Shown: piece by piece, positions 26,536 to 39,990 of the stretch | Numbering within the stretch: position 1 is the first letter of the stretch | Layout: the number at the start of each line of letters is the position of its first letter | Assembly (NCBI RefSeq): GCF_006345805.1 | Contig: NC_042998.1 | Coordinates: 28,706,001 to 28,770,000 of the forward strand | Source: Octopus sinensis | Lineage: Eukaryota | Length of the DNA: 64,000 bases | Direction: 5' to 3' | Position numbers and translations under genes: made by a program | Notes under the pieces: model-generated | Told to the model about the DNA's origin: nothing | Seen by the model: the letters and a program-made list of their open reading frames with translations, nothing else | Databases searched by the model: none

Positions 26536-26538
<3 letters not shown>
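26228..26538 (-). mobile_element. SINE family D with alternative 3' tail
   Basis: Same head and body as 11738-12118 but an unrelated tail. Confidence 0.8.
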
Positions 26539-26573
<35 letters not shown>

Positions 26574-27148
26574 TACACACACACACACATATATATGCAC
26601 ATACAGACATATGTATATATATATACACACACATATATATGCACATATACATATACACACACACACACACATATACATGCACATATATACACACACATGC
26701 ACATACACACAGATACATACATATATATATGTACACACATATACACACACATATATACACACATATATATACACATATATACACACACATATACACACAC
26801 ATATACATATATATATATACACACACACACACACGTATATATACGGACATATTTGTATATTCTCTGTTGTGTATTTGATAGGTTTCTGTTTTATTAATAT
26901 ATAATTATTCCATAACTTATATAATTACATATTCATCCTTACAGCAAAATTGATTTTGCCAAATATTATACATACGCCCTATGTTTCTATACATATAAAC
27001 GAACATATTGATCTTGTTACTGATGATACTGTCATTGTTTCTGCCGCTTGTTGTTGTTATTTTAGTCATATATATACACACACACACACATGTATATATA
27101 CACACACACATATATATACACACACACATATATGTATATATATACACG

Positions 27149-27198
<50 letters not shown>

Positions 27199-27213
27199 GA
27201 CACACATATATAT

Positions 27214-27246
<33 letters not shown>

Positions 27247-27395
27247 CACACAGACACACACACATATATATATATATACACACAGACACACACATATATA
27301 TATATATACACACAGACACACACATATATATATACACACACACATATATATATATATAGAAACACACATATATACACACACACACACACTTATAT
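26539..27395. repeat. Compound (TA)n/(CA)n microsatellites
   Basis: Tracts at 26539-26850 and 27068-27395; similar tract at 30433-30706. Confidence 0.95.
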
Positions 27396-28165
27396 ATTGC
27401 TTATTACCCAAAATCAAGAAATTCAATTATCTATATTTATCCTCAGTTACTTTGACCTAAGGAACATAGCATAAGGCAAGATGACAATATACAGGCCGTC
27501 AAATATTGTCAATTTATAGACATGTCCATTTTTTGTCTGTGTAAAACTACATTTAATGTTTAATACCAAATAACCAGAGACTTGCTTTTATCTTTTGTTC
27601 GTTCCAGTCATCAGACTGTGGCCATACTGGGGCACCACCTCGAAGAATTTTAGTCAAGTGAATTGACCTCGGTGCTTATCATTTTTTTAAACCTGATACT
27701 TAATCTATGGGTCTCTTTTGCCGAACCACTAAGTTAAAAGGATGTAAAAACACCATCACCCGTTGTCAAGTGGTGGATGTGGGCAAACACAGTCGTAGAG
27801 GTCAGAAATTGGAGAGTCTTTGATCATAGGTCTGTATCATCTGGGCTGTCTGGGCACTAAACAACAGGAACAGTAACATTGACAAATGCACATTCATTAG
27901 ACTGTGGTCATGCTGGAGCACACCTTGAATTTTAATAGAATGATTCAATCCCAGTATTTAATCTTTTTTTAAAAGTCCGGTGCTTCTCTATCAATCTCTT
28001 TTTGCCAAACTACTAAGTTATGGGAACATAAACAAACCAACACTGGTTTTCAAGTGGTGGTGGGTGACAAATACACGTATACACATACACAAAGGGCTTC
28101 TTTCAGTTTTTGTCTACCGAATCCACTCACAAAGATTTGGTTGGCCTGGAGCCATTGTAGAAGAT

Positions 28166-28862
28166 AGGAGATTATTGCAAGAGAGACATTTGCGCTGGTA
28201 TGGTCATGTACTATGGATGGATGAGGAGAGCTATGTGGAGAAGTGCCAATCCCAAACAGTTGAAGGAATCTTGGATAGAGGTAGACCCAGGAAGACATGC
28301 GATGAGGTGGTGAAACATGACCTTCAAATGTTGGGCCTCACAGAGTCAGTGACGAAAGACTGAAACCTCTGGACTGCGAAAACCTGCCAAATAAAGTCAG
28401 TTCACAGCTGTAACCTACACCAGTGTCACATTACCAGCCCCAGTACACTCAAAAGTACCTTGGATCATAGGGCAACATGCTATGCTTGAGGAGACCTGTT
28501 GTGTCAAGTACATCAAAATCAAATGGAAATTGTAGTTGTGATCCCCGTGATGGCAGTACATAAAAAGCATCATCCAAACATGGCTGATGCTAGTGCCACC
28601 TTGACTGGCTTCCATGCTGGTGGCATGTAAAAAGCACCAACCGATCGTGGTCATTGCCAGCCTCCCCTGGTACCTGTGCTGGCAGCACATAAAACAGCAC
28701 ACACTACACTCTCAGAGTGGTTGGCGTTAGAAAGGGCATCCAGCTGTAGAAATGCTGCCAGATCAGACTGGAGCCTGATGCAGCCTTCTAGCTTCCCAGG
28801 CCTCAGTCGAACCATCCAACTCATGCCAGCAAGGAAAACGGAAGTTAAACAATGACGATAAT
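28166..28862 (+). mobile_element. 5'-truncated RTE-clade LINE (ORF C-terminus plus 3' UTR), inserted in a SINE A
   Basis: ERHLRWYGHVLWMDEE...GILDRGRPRKTCDEVVKHDL, followed by the family C UTR. Confidence 0.85.
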
Positions 28863-28967
28863 GTGCCACACAGTGGGACTGAACCTAGAAGCATGAGAGC
28901 CTTAGAAACAAATTTCTTACCACACAACCACACCTGCTGCACCAATACATTTAATTATTAACATTAT

Positions 28968-29370
28968 AGGCATAGGAGTGGCTGTGTGATAAGTAGCTTG
29001 CTTACCAACCACACGGTTCCTGGTTCAGTCCCACTGCCTGGCACCTTGGGCAAGTGTTTTTTTACTATAGCCTTGGGTCGACCAAAGCCTTGTGATTGGA
29101 TTTGGTAGGCGGAAACTGAAAGAAACCCATCGTATATATATATATATGTGTGTGTATACGTTTGTGTGTCTGTGTTTGTCCACCCAACATCGCTTGACAA
29201 CTGATGCTGGTGTGTTTACGTCACCTTAACTTAGCGGTTCGGCAAAAGAGACTGATAGAATAAGTACTAGGCTTACAAAGAATATGTCCTGGGTTTGATT
29301 TGCTCGACTAAAGGCGGTGCTCCAGCATGGCCACAGTCAAATAACTGAAATAAGTAAAAGAGTAAAAGAG
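28968..29370 (+). mobile_element. SINE family A
   Basis: Full-length. Further copies at ~33516-33923, 34752-35205, 44455-44850(-), 45215-45611(-), 48295-48700, 51410-52095, 53775-54170, 56985-57690 and 58263-58760. Confidence 0.85.
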
Positions 29371-29462
29371 AATGCAATAACTGAAAAGTGTATGGGTGAT
29401 GCCAATATAATGGTCACTATTAACCATCAGAAAATATAACATTGACTGTATTCTATCTAATA

Positions 29463-30001
29463 CTAGCAGTATTACCCAGCGTTGCTTGGCTTTGTTTTGA
29501 CCCTTTAGAATTGGAATTTTTGAAAAGTGAAAAGTTTGCCTTATTTAGCTTGTTATTCTCTTTAAGTGAACATTTTTCTGGTTAAAATACACCAAAAAGT
29601 GGCGACACAGCAGTTAAAAAATTGTAAAAAATAGGGATTTTCATAGAAAAAGCACCTTTTTGATGTAAATAATTTTTGGTGTTAACATGGTCTGATTTGA
29701 ATTTTTTTCTTCTACGGAAGGAAGAGTAAGCCTTCTTCTATCATACTCTCAACTTTGGTCAACTTGTGCCACAGGGTCTCGGAGGAGATAGTGTTAGTTG
29801 AAGGCTACTAAACCTGCCATACACACAGACAACTTCAGCTTTATATAGAGAGAGATGCGTATGTATGAAGAGCAAGCCTTCTTCTATCATACTCTCAATT
29901 TTGGTCAACTTGCGCCACAGGATCTCGGAGGAGGTAGTGTTAGTTGAAGGCTACCAAACCTGCCATACACACAGACAACTTCAGCTTTATATATAGAGAG
30001 A
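29463..30001 (-). mobile_element. Non-autonomous Helitron with duplicated 5' segment
   Basis: CTAG terminus and hairpin at 29463-29490; TCTCTCTATATAAAGCTG start at ~29855, repeated in 29866-30001. Confidence 0.7.
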
Positions 30002-30589
30002 TATAGCCATTGAGATGATTCCTGATGGATAGGAAAATGAAATACAACCACCATCTCATGCTTATTCTTTCAAATCCAATGCCAATTATGTTAAGAAATT
30101 AGGAAGAAGAAATTGTAGGAAATGTCTGGCAGTTGTTGTAATGTTTATGGATATCTCGTGGAATGTTCTCTTGGAACTGTAATCTCTGTTGTGAAAACTC
30201 TTAGTAAATCAATTAAAATTACTCACTATGACAATTTAGTTCAGGAAATAGGTATACTTAATAATCAGAACATATAATATCGGTAGTTTAATGTAGACAC
30301 TAGACGTCAACTGAGACTTGAAGAATGGTAAATAATGTCAGTGGATAATTTGATAGTTAGATTATAATGACAAGCAAGCTGAGCTCTATGGTCATAATGT
30401 GAAATTTAGCTTTTCTAATGGGATGATATTTATGTGTGTGTAATACACACAAATATATACATATGTCTGTGTGTGTATGTGTGTATATATATATATATAT
30501 ACATGTCTGTGTATATGTATGTGTATATATATATATATATGTATACATATATGTGTGTTTATATATGTACATATACGTGTCTGTGTGTG

Positions 30590-30642
<53 letters not shown>

Positions 30643-31451
30643 ATACATGCCTCTGTGTGTATGTCTATATATACATATGTCTGTGTGTGTGTATATATAT
30701 ATATACAATTATCTGAATTTTATAGTATTAAGTATCCATCACGGCTGGTCTGGTTTTGTGCAAAAAATACATTGGTGTGTTAGGTAATAATCCAGTTATA
30801 TAATTACGCTCATCAGAGGTAGCTGATACGGAATGGAATATGGCGACCGCTCTCTATTGTCAGCACAATCGGTCAGTGGCTGCAGTGAAAAAGGTGGTGA
30901 AATGAAAAAGGGACCAGGGGATTAAGCTAGGAGTTACACCTCTTGGCTGGCTATGTTATGAAGCCGACAAGAGTTATCTTGAAGTGGGGAAAGTGTGTGT
31001 TATTAATGTGGTGTCCCTGCAGGGTTGGGTGTGTTGTATACTAGCACTGTCATATGCATAATTTTTTCTGGGGGTGTAGGTATATATAACCGTGCTCTTT
31101 GGTCTGTTTTCTTTCTGTAAAGGATAAAGTTGTGTGGTATATGTGTGTATATGTATCTATGTATGTATGTGTGTGTATGTATGTATGTATGTGTATTTGT
31201 GTGTGTATGTATGTATTGCAGACATGACTGAGTTTGTGTTTAATCTGTATTTTGATATTACTCTTTTTATGAAATCTAAATCTTCTCATGTCTATGAACC
31301 TTACAAGATTTTCTGATTCTTCTCATCCTGAATGATTTAGTAATACTGGTGAGTTGTTAGCACATTTTTTTAAAATATGATTTTATAGAGAATTAAGTTG
31401 TCTTAACTCTCATCTCTATACCTCCCTATCATTTTTATGTTTGAGTATTAG

Positions 31452-31792
31452 GTAGTGGGGCTCCGAAAGGTGTCTCAGGGAGTAGCGTCCCTGCCTTCCT
31501 GAGCTAGTTTTCGACCACGTTTCTTACAAATCGTGTTTGAGGCCTTGGTCTTGGGACCACTCCTGTCTAGAAACTGAGATTGGGGATAAGCAAGGGCATC
31601 CTCCCCGGAGAAAATCCAGCTCCAAAAAAGCCTCATGGTAGCAAAGGAGAATGGCCACCAGCCAACCAGCCCAAAGGTTGGGGTGGGCTGCACCTGCCTA
31701 CCTCAGTTGCTATGGCATTTAGGTAGATCAGGCCACCCCCGTTAACGGGGACAAAACCTGGATTTAAAACACTGGATGATGACGATGATGAT
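31452..31792 (+). mobile_element. Retroposon 3' end with (GAT)n tail
   Basis: GC-rich body, AAGGGCATCC motif, (GAT)n tail, TGAGTATT on both sides. Confidence 0.55.
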
Positions 31793-33289
31793 GAGTATTG
31801 TCTCAAAATTCCATTAAGCTATTCTCAAATCCTATATGATGTTAAGGATTGTCTTAGTCAATACAAAAGTGTGTGGGTGTATGCACATAGTCATTAAGGA
31901 TGCTTTTAAGGGTTCTTTTTAAGCTTACAAATGTTTCTCATCAGCAAGAAGAGATGAAAAACAGATGTGATTCTTATTTCTTTATTGCCCACAAGGGGCT
32001 AAACATACAGGGGACAAACAAGGACAGACAAACGGATTAAGTCGATTACATTGACCCCAGTGCGTAACTGGTACTTAATTTATCGACCCCAAAAGGATGA
32101 AAGGCAAAGTCGACCTCGGCAGAATTTGAACTCAGAACATAAAGACAGACGAAATACCACTAAGCATTTCGCCCGGCGTGCTAATGATTCTACCAGCTCA
32201 CTGCCCAAAACAGATGTGATTCATGGTTCTTGCAATGGCTGACCGAAAATTACTGAGAATTCCGAACGATTATCAATACAGTTCTGCACCATGGTTCTGT
32301 TAGGTTTCTCTCTCAATCATTGGGTCCAATGAGAGCTTAAACCACAAGATACACCTACTCATATATATTTAGAGTAATATATGAATGTTTGCATATACAG
32401 TTATTATTTTCTTTTATTTCAAACACACCATGAAATAACCAGTATCATCATCATCGTTTAACATCCATTTTCTTTGCTAGCACAGGTTGGATGGTTCAAC
32501 TGGGGTCTGGGAAGCCAGGAGGCTGCACCAGGCTTCAGTCTGATCTGGCAGTGCTTCTACAGCTGGATGCCCTTCCTAATGCCAACCACTCCGAGAGTGT
32601 AGTGGGTGCTTTTTACGTGCCACTGGCACAGATGCCAGGGGAGGCTGGCAGCGGCCATGATCAGTTGGTGCTTTTTACGTGCCACTGGTACAGAATCCAG
32701 TCAAGGCGGTGCTGGCAGTGTTTTAATAATTTATGCTCATGATAATAATGATGTTCATCTTCAGTAGCAGCAGCTGCACACATAATTATGGTTTCTTCCT
32801 ATCCAAAGATATGCAAGTGAACATCCCAGCCAGGAAATTTTTCAACTCAGTGTTTGGTTTTTTGTTGAATGCATCACCATAGATATATTGAAGAATAAAG
32901 GGAACTGTGAAATGTCAGCCTGCCACGAGAAATTGGTTCAATACATTACGATAGTGGGAAATTATTGTGAACAGAGATTAACATTGATTATTGATTGGCA
33001 TTCATTAAATATAAGTCATGAAGAACAAAGTCCTGTCTATCAATACAATTGCCATTTAATGAAATGAAATCCTCAGACATTATTTTATTTAACCAGCATC
33101 AATGGCATTAAATTATTTTCAATTTGATTTTCCATTAAGAAGTCCATTTATAAGACTAGTTTTTCTCTCTATCTGTCTGAATAAGTGTATATGTACACAC
33201 ACACATACACACACACTATATGTATGTTAGTATGTCTCTTCTATTTTTAATTATTATAAATTTTCCACTTAGGAGGGAGCCGGTCTCCA

Positions 33290-33990
33290 ATAAAGATACA
33301 TCTTTGAGATGTAGTTAACACAGACAAATTCACATTTGGAACTTGAGAAAAATCTTGCATATTTTTACTGTTCCACTTACAGATTGCACTTGTAATCTAC
33401 GAATCAACCGGACAGTTTCTTTTTCTGAAAATCCCAGTTTATCCAGATTCTCCTTTAAGCATTGACTAACAAAACCAAGAGCTCCAATTATTATTGGTAT
33501 GAGTATATGGTATGAGACGCAGGAGTGGCTGTGTGGTAAGTAGCTTGCTAACCAACCACATGGTTCCGGGTTCAGTCCCACTGCATGGCATCTTGGGCAA
33601 GTGTCTTCTGCTATAGCCCCGGGCCGACCAATGCCTTGTGAGTGGATTTGGTAGACAGAAACTGAAAGAAGCCTGTCGTATATATGTACATATATATATA
33701 TGTGTGTGTTTGTGTGTCTATGTTTGTCCCCCTAGCATCGCTTGACAACCGATGCTGGTGTGTTTACGTCCCCGTCACTTAGCGGTTCGGCAAAAAAGAG
33801 ACTGATAGAATAAGTACTGGGCTTACAAAGAATAAGTCCCGGGGTCGAGTTGCTCGATTAAAGGCGGTGCTCCAGCATGGCCGCAGTCAAATGACTGAAA
33901 CAAGTAAAAGAGAAAGAGAAAGAGTATAAATTCATTGTCATGATAGAGAAGCTGGAGATTTCGAAGCAGTTGTCCATAGATATCTCCTAT
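33290..33990 (-). pseudogene. C-terminus of a restriction-like-endonuclease non-LTR retrotransposon (R4/NeSL-type), split by SINE A
   Basis: IYGQLLRNLQLLYHDNEF / IPIIIGALGFVSQCLKENLDKLG...QVQSVSGTVKICKIF. Confidence 0.7.
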
Positions 33991-34897
33991 TTTTTTTTTG
34001 TGTATGTATGTGTGTATATATGTGTGTATATAATATTAGATACTTGCTCAAGGTGCCACTATGTGGCACCTTGGGCAAGTATCTTCTACTATAGTTCTGG
34101 CCCAACCAAAATTTTGTGAGTGGATTTGGTAGACAGAAACTGAAAGGAGCTCATCGTGTGTGTGTGTGTGTATGTGCATGTGTGTATGTGGAATTTAAAA
34201 TATACTTGTATGTGTGTGTGTTTGTGTCACTTTGTTGTTATATCATGTGATAGTTGTAAATTATTGTCATAGTCATAGATGGTTTTTCCTTTCCAATATT
34301 CTGCAAAGACATGTCTGGCCTTGGGGAAGTATTACCTTGCTTGGAAAAAGATGAAGATTGGCAACAGGAAAGGCATCCAGCCATAAAAAGATTTGCTTCA
34401 ATGAACTTTTTCCAATCCGTTCAAGCATGAAAAAGTGGCAGTGGGAAGGATGATGGTGGTGGTGCCTCATTCCGAAAAGCATATGATGCATAAGATCAAT
34501 AACCAATACAACAATTGATTACTTAAGAGGTCTGGAAGCAAAACAACTGTTTATTCCACAAACAATAACAGACCATCAAACTATGTTACCATGGATACAG
34601 GATAAATTCCCAAAACTCATCAATTAGACATAAAGTAAATTTCATTCCTAAGCTGAAACTCTTTTGAGTATTGCTAATCTTTTATAATAAACCCCCCAAA
34701 ACTCAGAGTAACCGTTACCTATTGAGTATAACTTTACATGATGGAATTAAGGGTGCAGGAGTGGCTGTGTGGTAAGTAGCTTGCTTACCAACCACATGCT
34801 CCTGGGTTCAGTTCCACTGCGTTGCACCTTGGGCAAGTGTCTTCTACTATAGCCAAAGCCTTGTGAGAGGATTTGGTAGATGGAAACTGGAAGAAGC

Positions 34898-34958
<61 letters not shown>

Positions 34959-35489
34959 ATATGTTTATGTGTGTGTGTGTGTATATGTTTGTGTGTGTGT
35001 GTGTGTGTATATGTTTGTGTGTCTGTGTTTGTCTCTGATGCTGGTGTGTTTACATCTCAGTAACTTAGCGGTTTGGCAAAAGAAACTGATAGAATAAGTA
35101 CTAGGCTTACAAAGAATAAGCTCTGGGATCGATTTGCTCGACTAAAGGCAGTGCTCCAGCATGGCCACAGTCAAATGACTGAAACAAATAAAAGAGTAAA
35201 AGAGAATGCAAAAGAAAATTCTAGACAGGACTACACAACCAGTATCATGCATCTCTGTTTTAACTACAAGTGATTGATTAAAAGCATCTGAGGCCTTGCT
35301 CTGCTTTACAGAATTCATTGGGGGTTACTCGTCAATAGAATATAAAAAGAAAACATAACAAGTTATACAAGATCTGTGTATTTCCTATCAGCTTTTGCAC
35401 AGCCTCTCATAAATATCTATTACTTAAACAACATTTTCTCTTAGAAAGTCTTAGTTCAAATCAAACTTTATACTTAATAAGTATGTAAT

Positions 35490-35909
35490 ATCTATTTCTT
35501 TACTACTCACAAGGGGCTAAACACAGAGGAGACAAACAAGGACAGACAGACGGATTAAGTCGATTATATCGACCCCAGTGCATAACTGGTACTTAATTTA
35601 TCGACCCTGAAAGGATGAAAGGCAAAGTCGACCTCGGCGGAATTTGAACTCAGAACGTAGCAGCAGACGAAATACCTATTTCTTTACTACCCATAAGGGG
35701 CTAAACACAGAGGAGACAAACAAGGACAGACAGATGGATTAAGTCGATTATATCGACCCCAGTGCATAACTGGTACTTAATTTATCAACCCCGAAAGGAT
35801 GAAAGGCAAAGTCGACCTCGACGGAATTTGAACTCAGAACGTAGCGGCAGACGAAATACTGCTAAGCATTTCGCCCGGTGTGCTACTGTTTCTGCCAGCT
35901 CACCACCTT
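35490..35909 (-). mobile_element. SINE family B dimer
   Basis: Two head-to-tail units. Other copies at 24455-24687, 31972-32205, 46998-47180 and 60921-61340. Confidence 0.85.
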
Positions 35910-36045
35910 ACTTAAGGAATTAATATCAACAGTATTAATACCAAACAGTGGTATTTATCACTCATTTAAATGGATGCTGTGTTAGAACACAAAATACTTT
36001 AGTGGTTAATATGAGAGGACCTCTTGCATGGACTTGTGGTGTATA

Positions 36046-36182
36046 CAGTAGTGTAGCTAGGATGTGTGCTGCTTGGAGCGACCCGTTCGTTTTCCACCCC
36101 AGACCCCACAAAAAACACATGTTGCCTACAGCAGACCCAAAAGTGTCCCCCACTACTTCCACCCGCTCCAGCTACGCTAGTG
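36046..36182. mobile_element. hAT-type MITE
   Basis: TIR CAGTAGTGTAGCTAGGA / TCCAGCTACGCTAGTG; 8 bp TSD GGTGTATA / GGTGTATT. Confidence 0.75.
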
Positions 36183-36573
36183 GGTGTATTTAGGTACTTG
36201 TGTTTATATCGCTGATGGCCAATAATTGTCTGCTGTGAATTAACATTTTTAATGCAACATTAAAATACTGATTAGGAATAATTATGCTCTGAGGAAGAAA
36301 AATATCAGTCAATGACTGATATTATTTTCTTCTGGCAAATACAGAAGAGACAACCTCTTCTGAATATGTTTCAATCCTTGACTATTCCATTTTTTTTTTT
36401 TTACCTATATTCATAAAATCTAGAACCACATTATCCAACATATTCTGTTTTAAGGCAGTGGCAAGCAATTTAGCTTCTATTTCCAGCAGGTCTAACAACT
36501 ATATAAAGGCTCTCTCATTGTTGAGTATATAAACAGTCTGGCTGCTTGTTTCTCTGGAGATTGTCAAAATGAT

Positions 36574-36629
36574 GTGGATGTCTCTGATGAGAACCCAGTA
36601 AGGTTTGAAAATTGATTAAGGATGTTCAT
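36574..36629 (+). ncRNA. Type I hammerhead motif
   Basis: GTGGATGTCT-CTGATGA-GAACCcagtaaGGTTT-GAAA-ATTGAT-TA-AGGATGTTCAT; element ends ~70 bp later in (TA)n. Confidence 0.65.
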
Positions 36630-37678
36630 CCTTTTTTCAGTCTGCAGAGAAATGGCAAAAATTTGCCCTGTTTATAATTATGCCATATGTTACGTGTATA
36701 TATATATATATATATATATGGGTGTGTGTGATTGTGTATAGAAGAATATATTAATAAAAAGAATTCCAACCTTGTCTGATTTTCACGTTTTATTTACAAT
36801 CTTATAATGATATATTATAAGATAATATATTATAATTGAATAAAATAAAATAAAATGAAATAGTAGAATGTTAAATATTCATTCTGATTGAACTAGTACT
36901 TTCATGCATTGAATTCTGCAATCTTCGGGTTCATGTAGTAGTGTTGACAGTCATGCTTCACAATTTTTGACTGTAGCAAGATGATTGATTCTGTGCTATA
37001 AATACAGCTGGGTAGGCTCCAGAGTGCTAGGTTTTGCAAACTGTATTCTGACCAATCAGTGTGTAGTATCACTCAATTACTTAAGCTGATTGGTTGGTTG
37101 AGCTGATTGGTTTAGGCATCACGCTTTGTTGGACATGTCAAAAGTCCTGTATCTTGACCCTGGCCGAAGCAGCAATTGTTGGGTTATTTTTAGAAATGTT
37201 GTAAATATCCTTTGTCAGAGATTTTTATATTTTTATATTTTTATATTTCAATTGTCATCATCATCATTGTCAGCACCTTAATTATTGTTGCTAGTGGTGA
37301 TGGTTATGGCAATAGAACTTTTAACCCTAAATAAGATAATTTTCTGCTATCTTCGTCTTGATCACCTTTAGTATTGTTGTTGTTGTTAGTGGTCATGGTC
37401 GTAGCAGTGGAAGTAATACCTCTAAGTATTATTATTATTATTATTGCTTATTTAGTTTGGGTTCGAATTTATCAATAAATTCTTTTCTCTGATTTTCCTC
37501 TCGATTTCACTTGGGCTGTGTAATTTGTAGAATGGAAATATTATATATATTTTCCGACCACATGTTGCTAGGTGGTTACTCAAAGGTATCTGACGGACCT
37601 CTGGGTCTCTAATCTGTTGCCGGTGTACACGTGAGCGTTCTAATAGTGCGTTTCCCGTCTGACCTACATATATTTCTA

Positions 37679-37909
37679 TATGTAGGTCAGACGGGAAACG
37701 CACTATTAGAACGCTCACGTGTACACCGGCAACAGATTAGAGACCCAGAGGTCCGTCAGATACCTTTGAGTAACCACCTAGCAACATGTGGTCGGAAAAT
37801 ATATATAATATTTCCATTCTACAAATTACACAGCCCAAGTGAAATCGAGAGGAAAATCAGAGAAAAGAATTTTATTGATAAATTCGAACCCAAACTAAAT
37901 AAGCAATAA
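37679..37909 (+). pseudogene. GIY-YIG endonuclease C-terminal half (PLE ORF end), mirrored on the minus strand
   Basis: YVGQTG...ERSRVHR...NHL...E.KIREKNFIDKFEPKLN matches the YIG, R..H, E and P.LN motifs. Confidence 0.85.
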
Positions 37910-38417
37910 TAATAATAATAATACTTAGAGGTATTACTTCCACTGCTACGACCATGACCACTAACAACAACAACAATACTAAAGGTGATCAAGACGAAGA
38001 TAGCAGGAAAATTATCTTATTTAGGGTTAAAAGTTCTATTGCCATAACCATCACCACTAGCAACAATAATTAAGGTGCTGACAATGATGATGATGACAAT
38101 TGAAATATAAAAATATAAAAATATAAAAATCTCTGACAAAGGATATTTACAACATTTCTAAAAATAACCCAACAATTGCTGCTTCGGCCAGGGTCAAGAT
38201 ACAGGACTTTTGACATGTCCAACAAAGCGTGATGCCTAAACCAATCAGCTCAACCAACCAATCAGCTTAAGTAATTGAGTGATACTACACACTGATTGGT
38301 CAGAATACAGTTTGCAAAACCTAGCACTCTGGAGCCTACCCAGCTGTATTTATAGCACAGAATCAATCATCTTGCTACAGTCAAAAATTGTGAAGCATGA
38401 CTGTCAACACTACTACA

Positions 38418-38462
38418 TGAACCCGAAGATTGCAGAATTCAATGCATGAAAGTACTAGTTCA
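38418..38462 (+). ncRNA. Minimal type I hammerhead in the PLE 3' region (mirror at 36889-36933 on -)
   Basis: TGAAC-CCGAAGA-tTGCAgaattcaaTGCAt-GAAA-GTAC-TA-GTTCA; palindromic stem III AGTACT; U4C core variant. Confidence 0.75.
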
Positions 38463-38620
38463 ATCAGAATGAATATTTAACATTCTACTATTTCATTTTA
38501 TTTTATTTTATTCAATTATAATATATTATCTTATAATATATCATTATAAGATTGTAAATAAAACGTGAAAATCAGACAAGGTTGGAATTCTTTTTATTAA
38601 TATATATATATATATATATA

Positions 38621-38970
38621 ATTAAAATCAAAAAGAGGGTGAAAAAATTGGATATTAATTTAATAACATCAATTTAAACACCAGTGGCCTAGCGTATAAA
38701 AGACTGAGATTCAGTAAATATTATTAATACACAACTATGAGAGAGAATCCACTATGTGGACGCTCTTATGCTAGATGTAGATACGCAAAGGGACTCAACC
38801 ACTAAGAATTGTTCTCAAGAAATAATTTAGCATGCTATGAATGTAAGCGAGCAGGACAAATGAAAAATAATTTCTTGAGAACAATTCTTAGTGGTTGAGT
38901 CTCTTTGCAGATCTATATCTAGCGTAAGAGCGTCCACATAGTGGATTCTCTCTCATAGTTGTGTATTAAT
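38621..38970. mobile_element. Fold-back mini-element in (TA)n with unpaired tail
   Basis: Inverted arms ~38721-38825 and 38870-38970; tail resembles that of 42548-42709. Confidence 0.75.
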
Positions 38971-39990
38971 ATATATATATATATATATATATGCATACAC
39001 CCTACTGTATAGAGATCCAAGCTGCTATCCCTACAAACGTTGATATGTAAAGTAGTTAAACTCAGTAGAATTTTGAACTTGTAAAGATTTCGTGATTTAT
39101 GGTATGAATCTAGTTGATGATGTTTTCGGTTTTCCCATCTATTTTATGCTTACAATGGAGCTTCCACATGCTCACTCAGTATGCTAGAAATAACACCCAA
39201 AAATCTTCTTAAATCATATATTGCCATCATAAAGGAAAAGAGGTCACACAGGGAGATATAGTTCTGGATATTCGTTTGAAGTTAAATGGTGAGAGTAGCA
39301 CAGCTGGAATGACTTTGATCAGAGGTCTGTTTGATCTGGGATGACCTGAGGCTAAGCAATGATGACAACAGCAGTGATAATTCCACAGCGACTACTGCTA
39401 GCAACAACACCAATAACAATAATGGTGATGACAAGAAGAAGAATACTGAAAATTTGGACAATATTAGTTTATTTTGATTTCATTTTGAATTAGCTTTAGT
39501 TTGGCTTTAACACAAAGTGAGGATGAAATATAAAAAGAAAGACAAAGATTGTGTGTGTGGAGTATAACTGATTGTATCAACCTCACAGTATGATTGATAT
39601 TTATTATCCTGATAAGACACAAAGCAAAAATAAAGCTTGCATGACTCCAACACTGATTCTTATAGAGGTACACAACTGAATATTGTATTGTAAGACATTT
39701 AAATTAATAACCACAACCATTTGGTTGGGGTTATAAGCTCAACGTTCTCAGAATGAAGAAAGCTTTCATCTTCCTAATTCTTTTATTATTTTGTTTGTTT
39801 CAGTCGCTTGACTGTGGCCATGATGGAGCACCGTATTTAGTCGAACAAATCAAGCTGAAGATTTATTCTTTGTAACCCTAATACTTATTGTATTGGTCTC
39901 TTAAGCTGAACTGCTAAGTTATGGGGACGTAAACACAGACACACAAACATACACATACATACGTACACACACACATATATATATATATAT

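Larger units (their letters stand above)
36746..38605. mobile_element. Fold-back Penelope-like element 3' end (~930 bp arms, 4 nt loop at 37673-37676)
   Basis: Arms are near-identical (two 1 nt indels seen); each carries a GIY-YIG fragment and a 3' HHR; ends in (TA)n. Confidence 0.9.

Noticed and set aside
26434-27474. Many YI/HT/CV-rich ORFs (also 30357-30787)
   Set aside because: Translations of dinucleotide microsatellites
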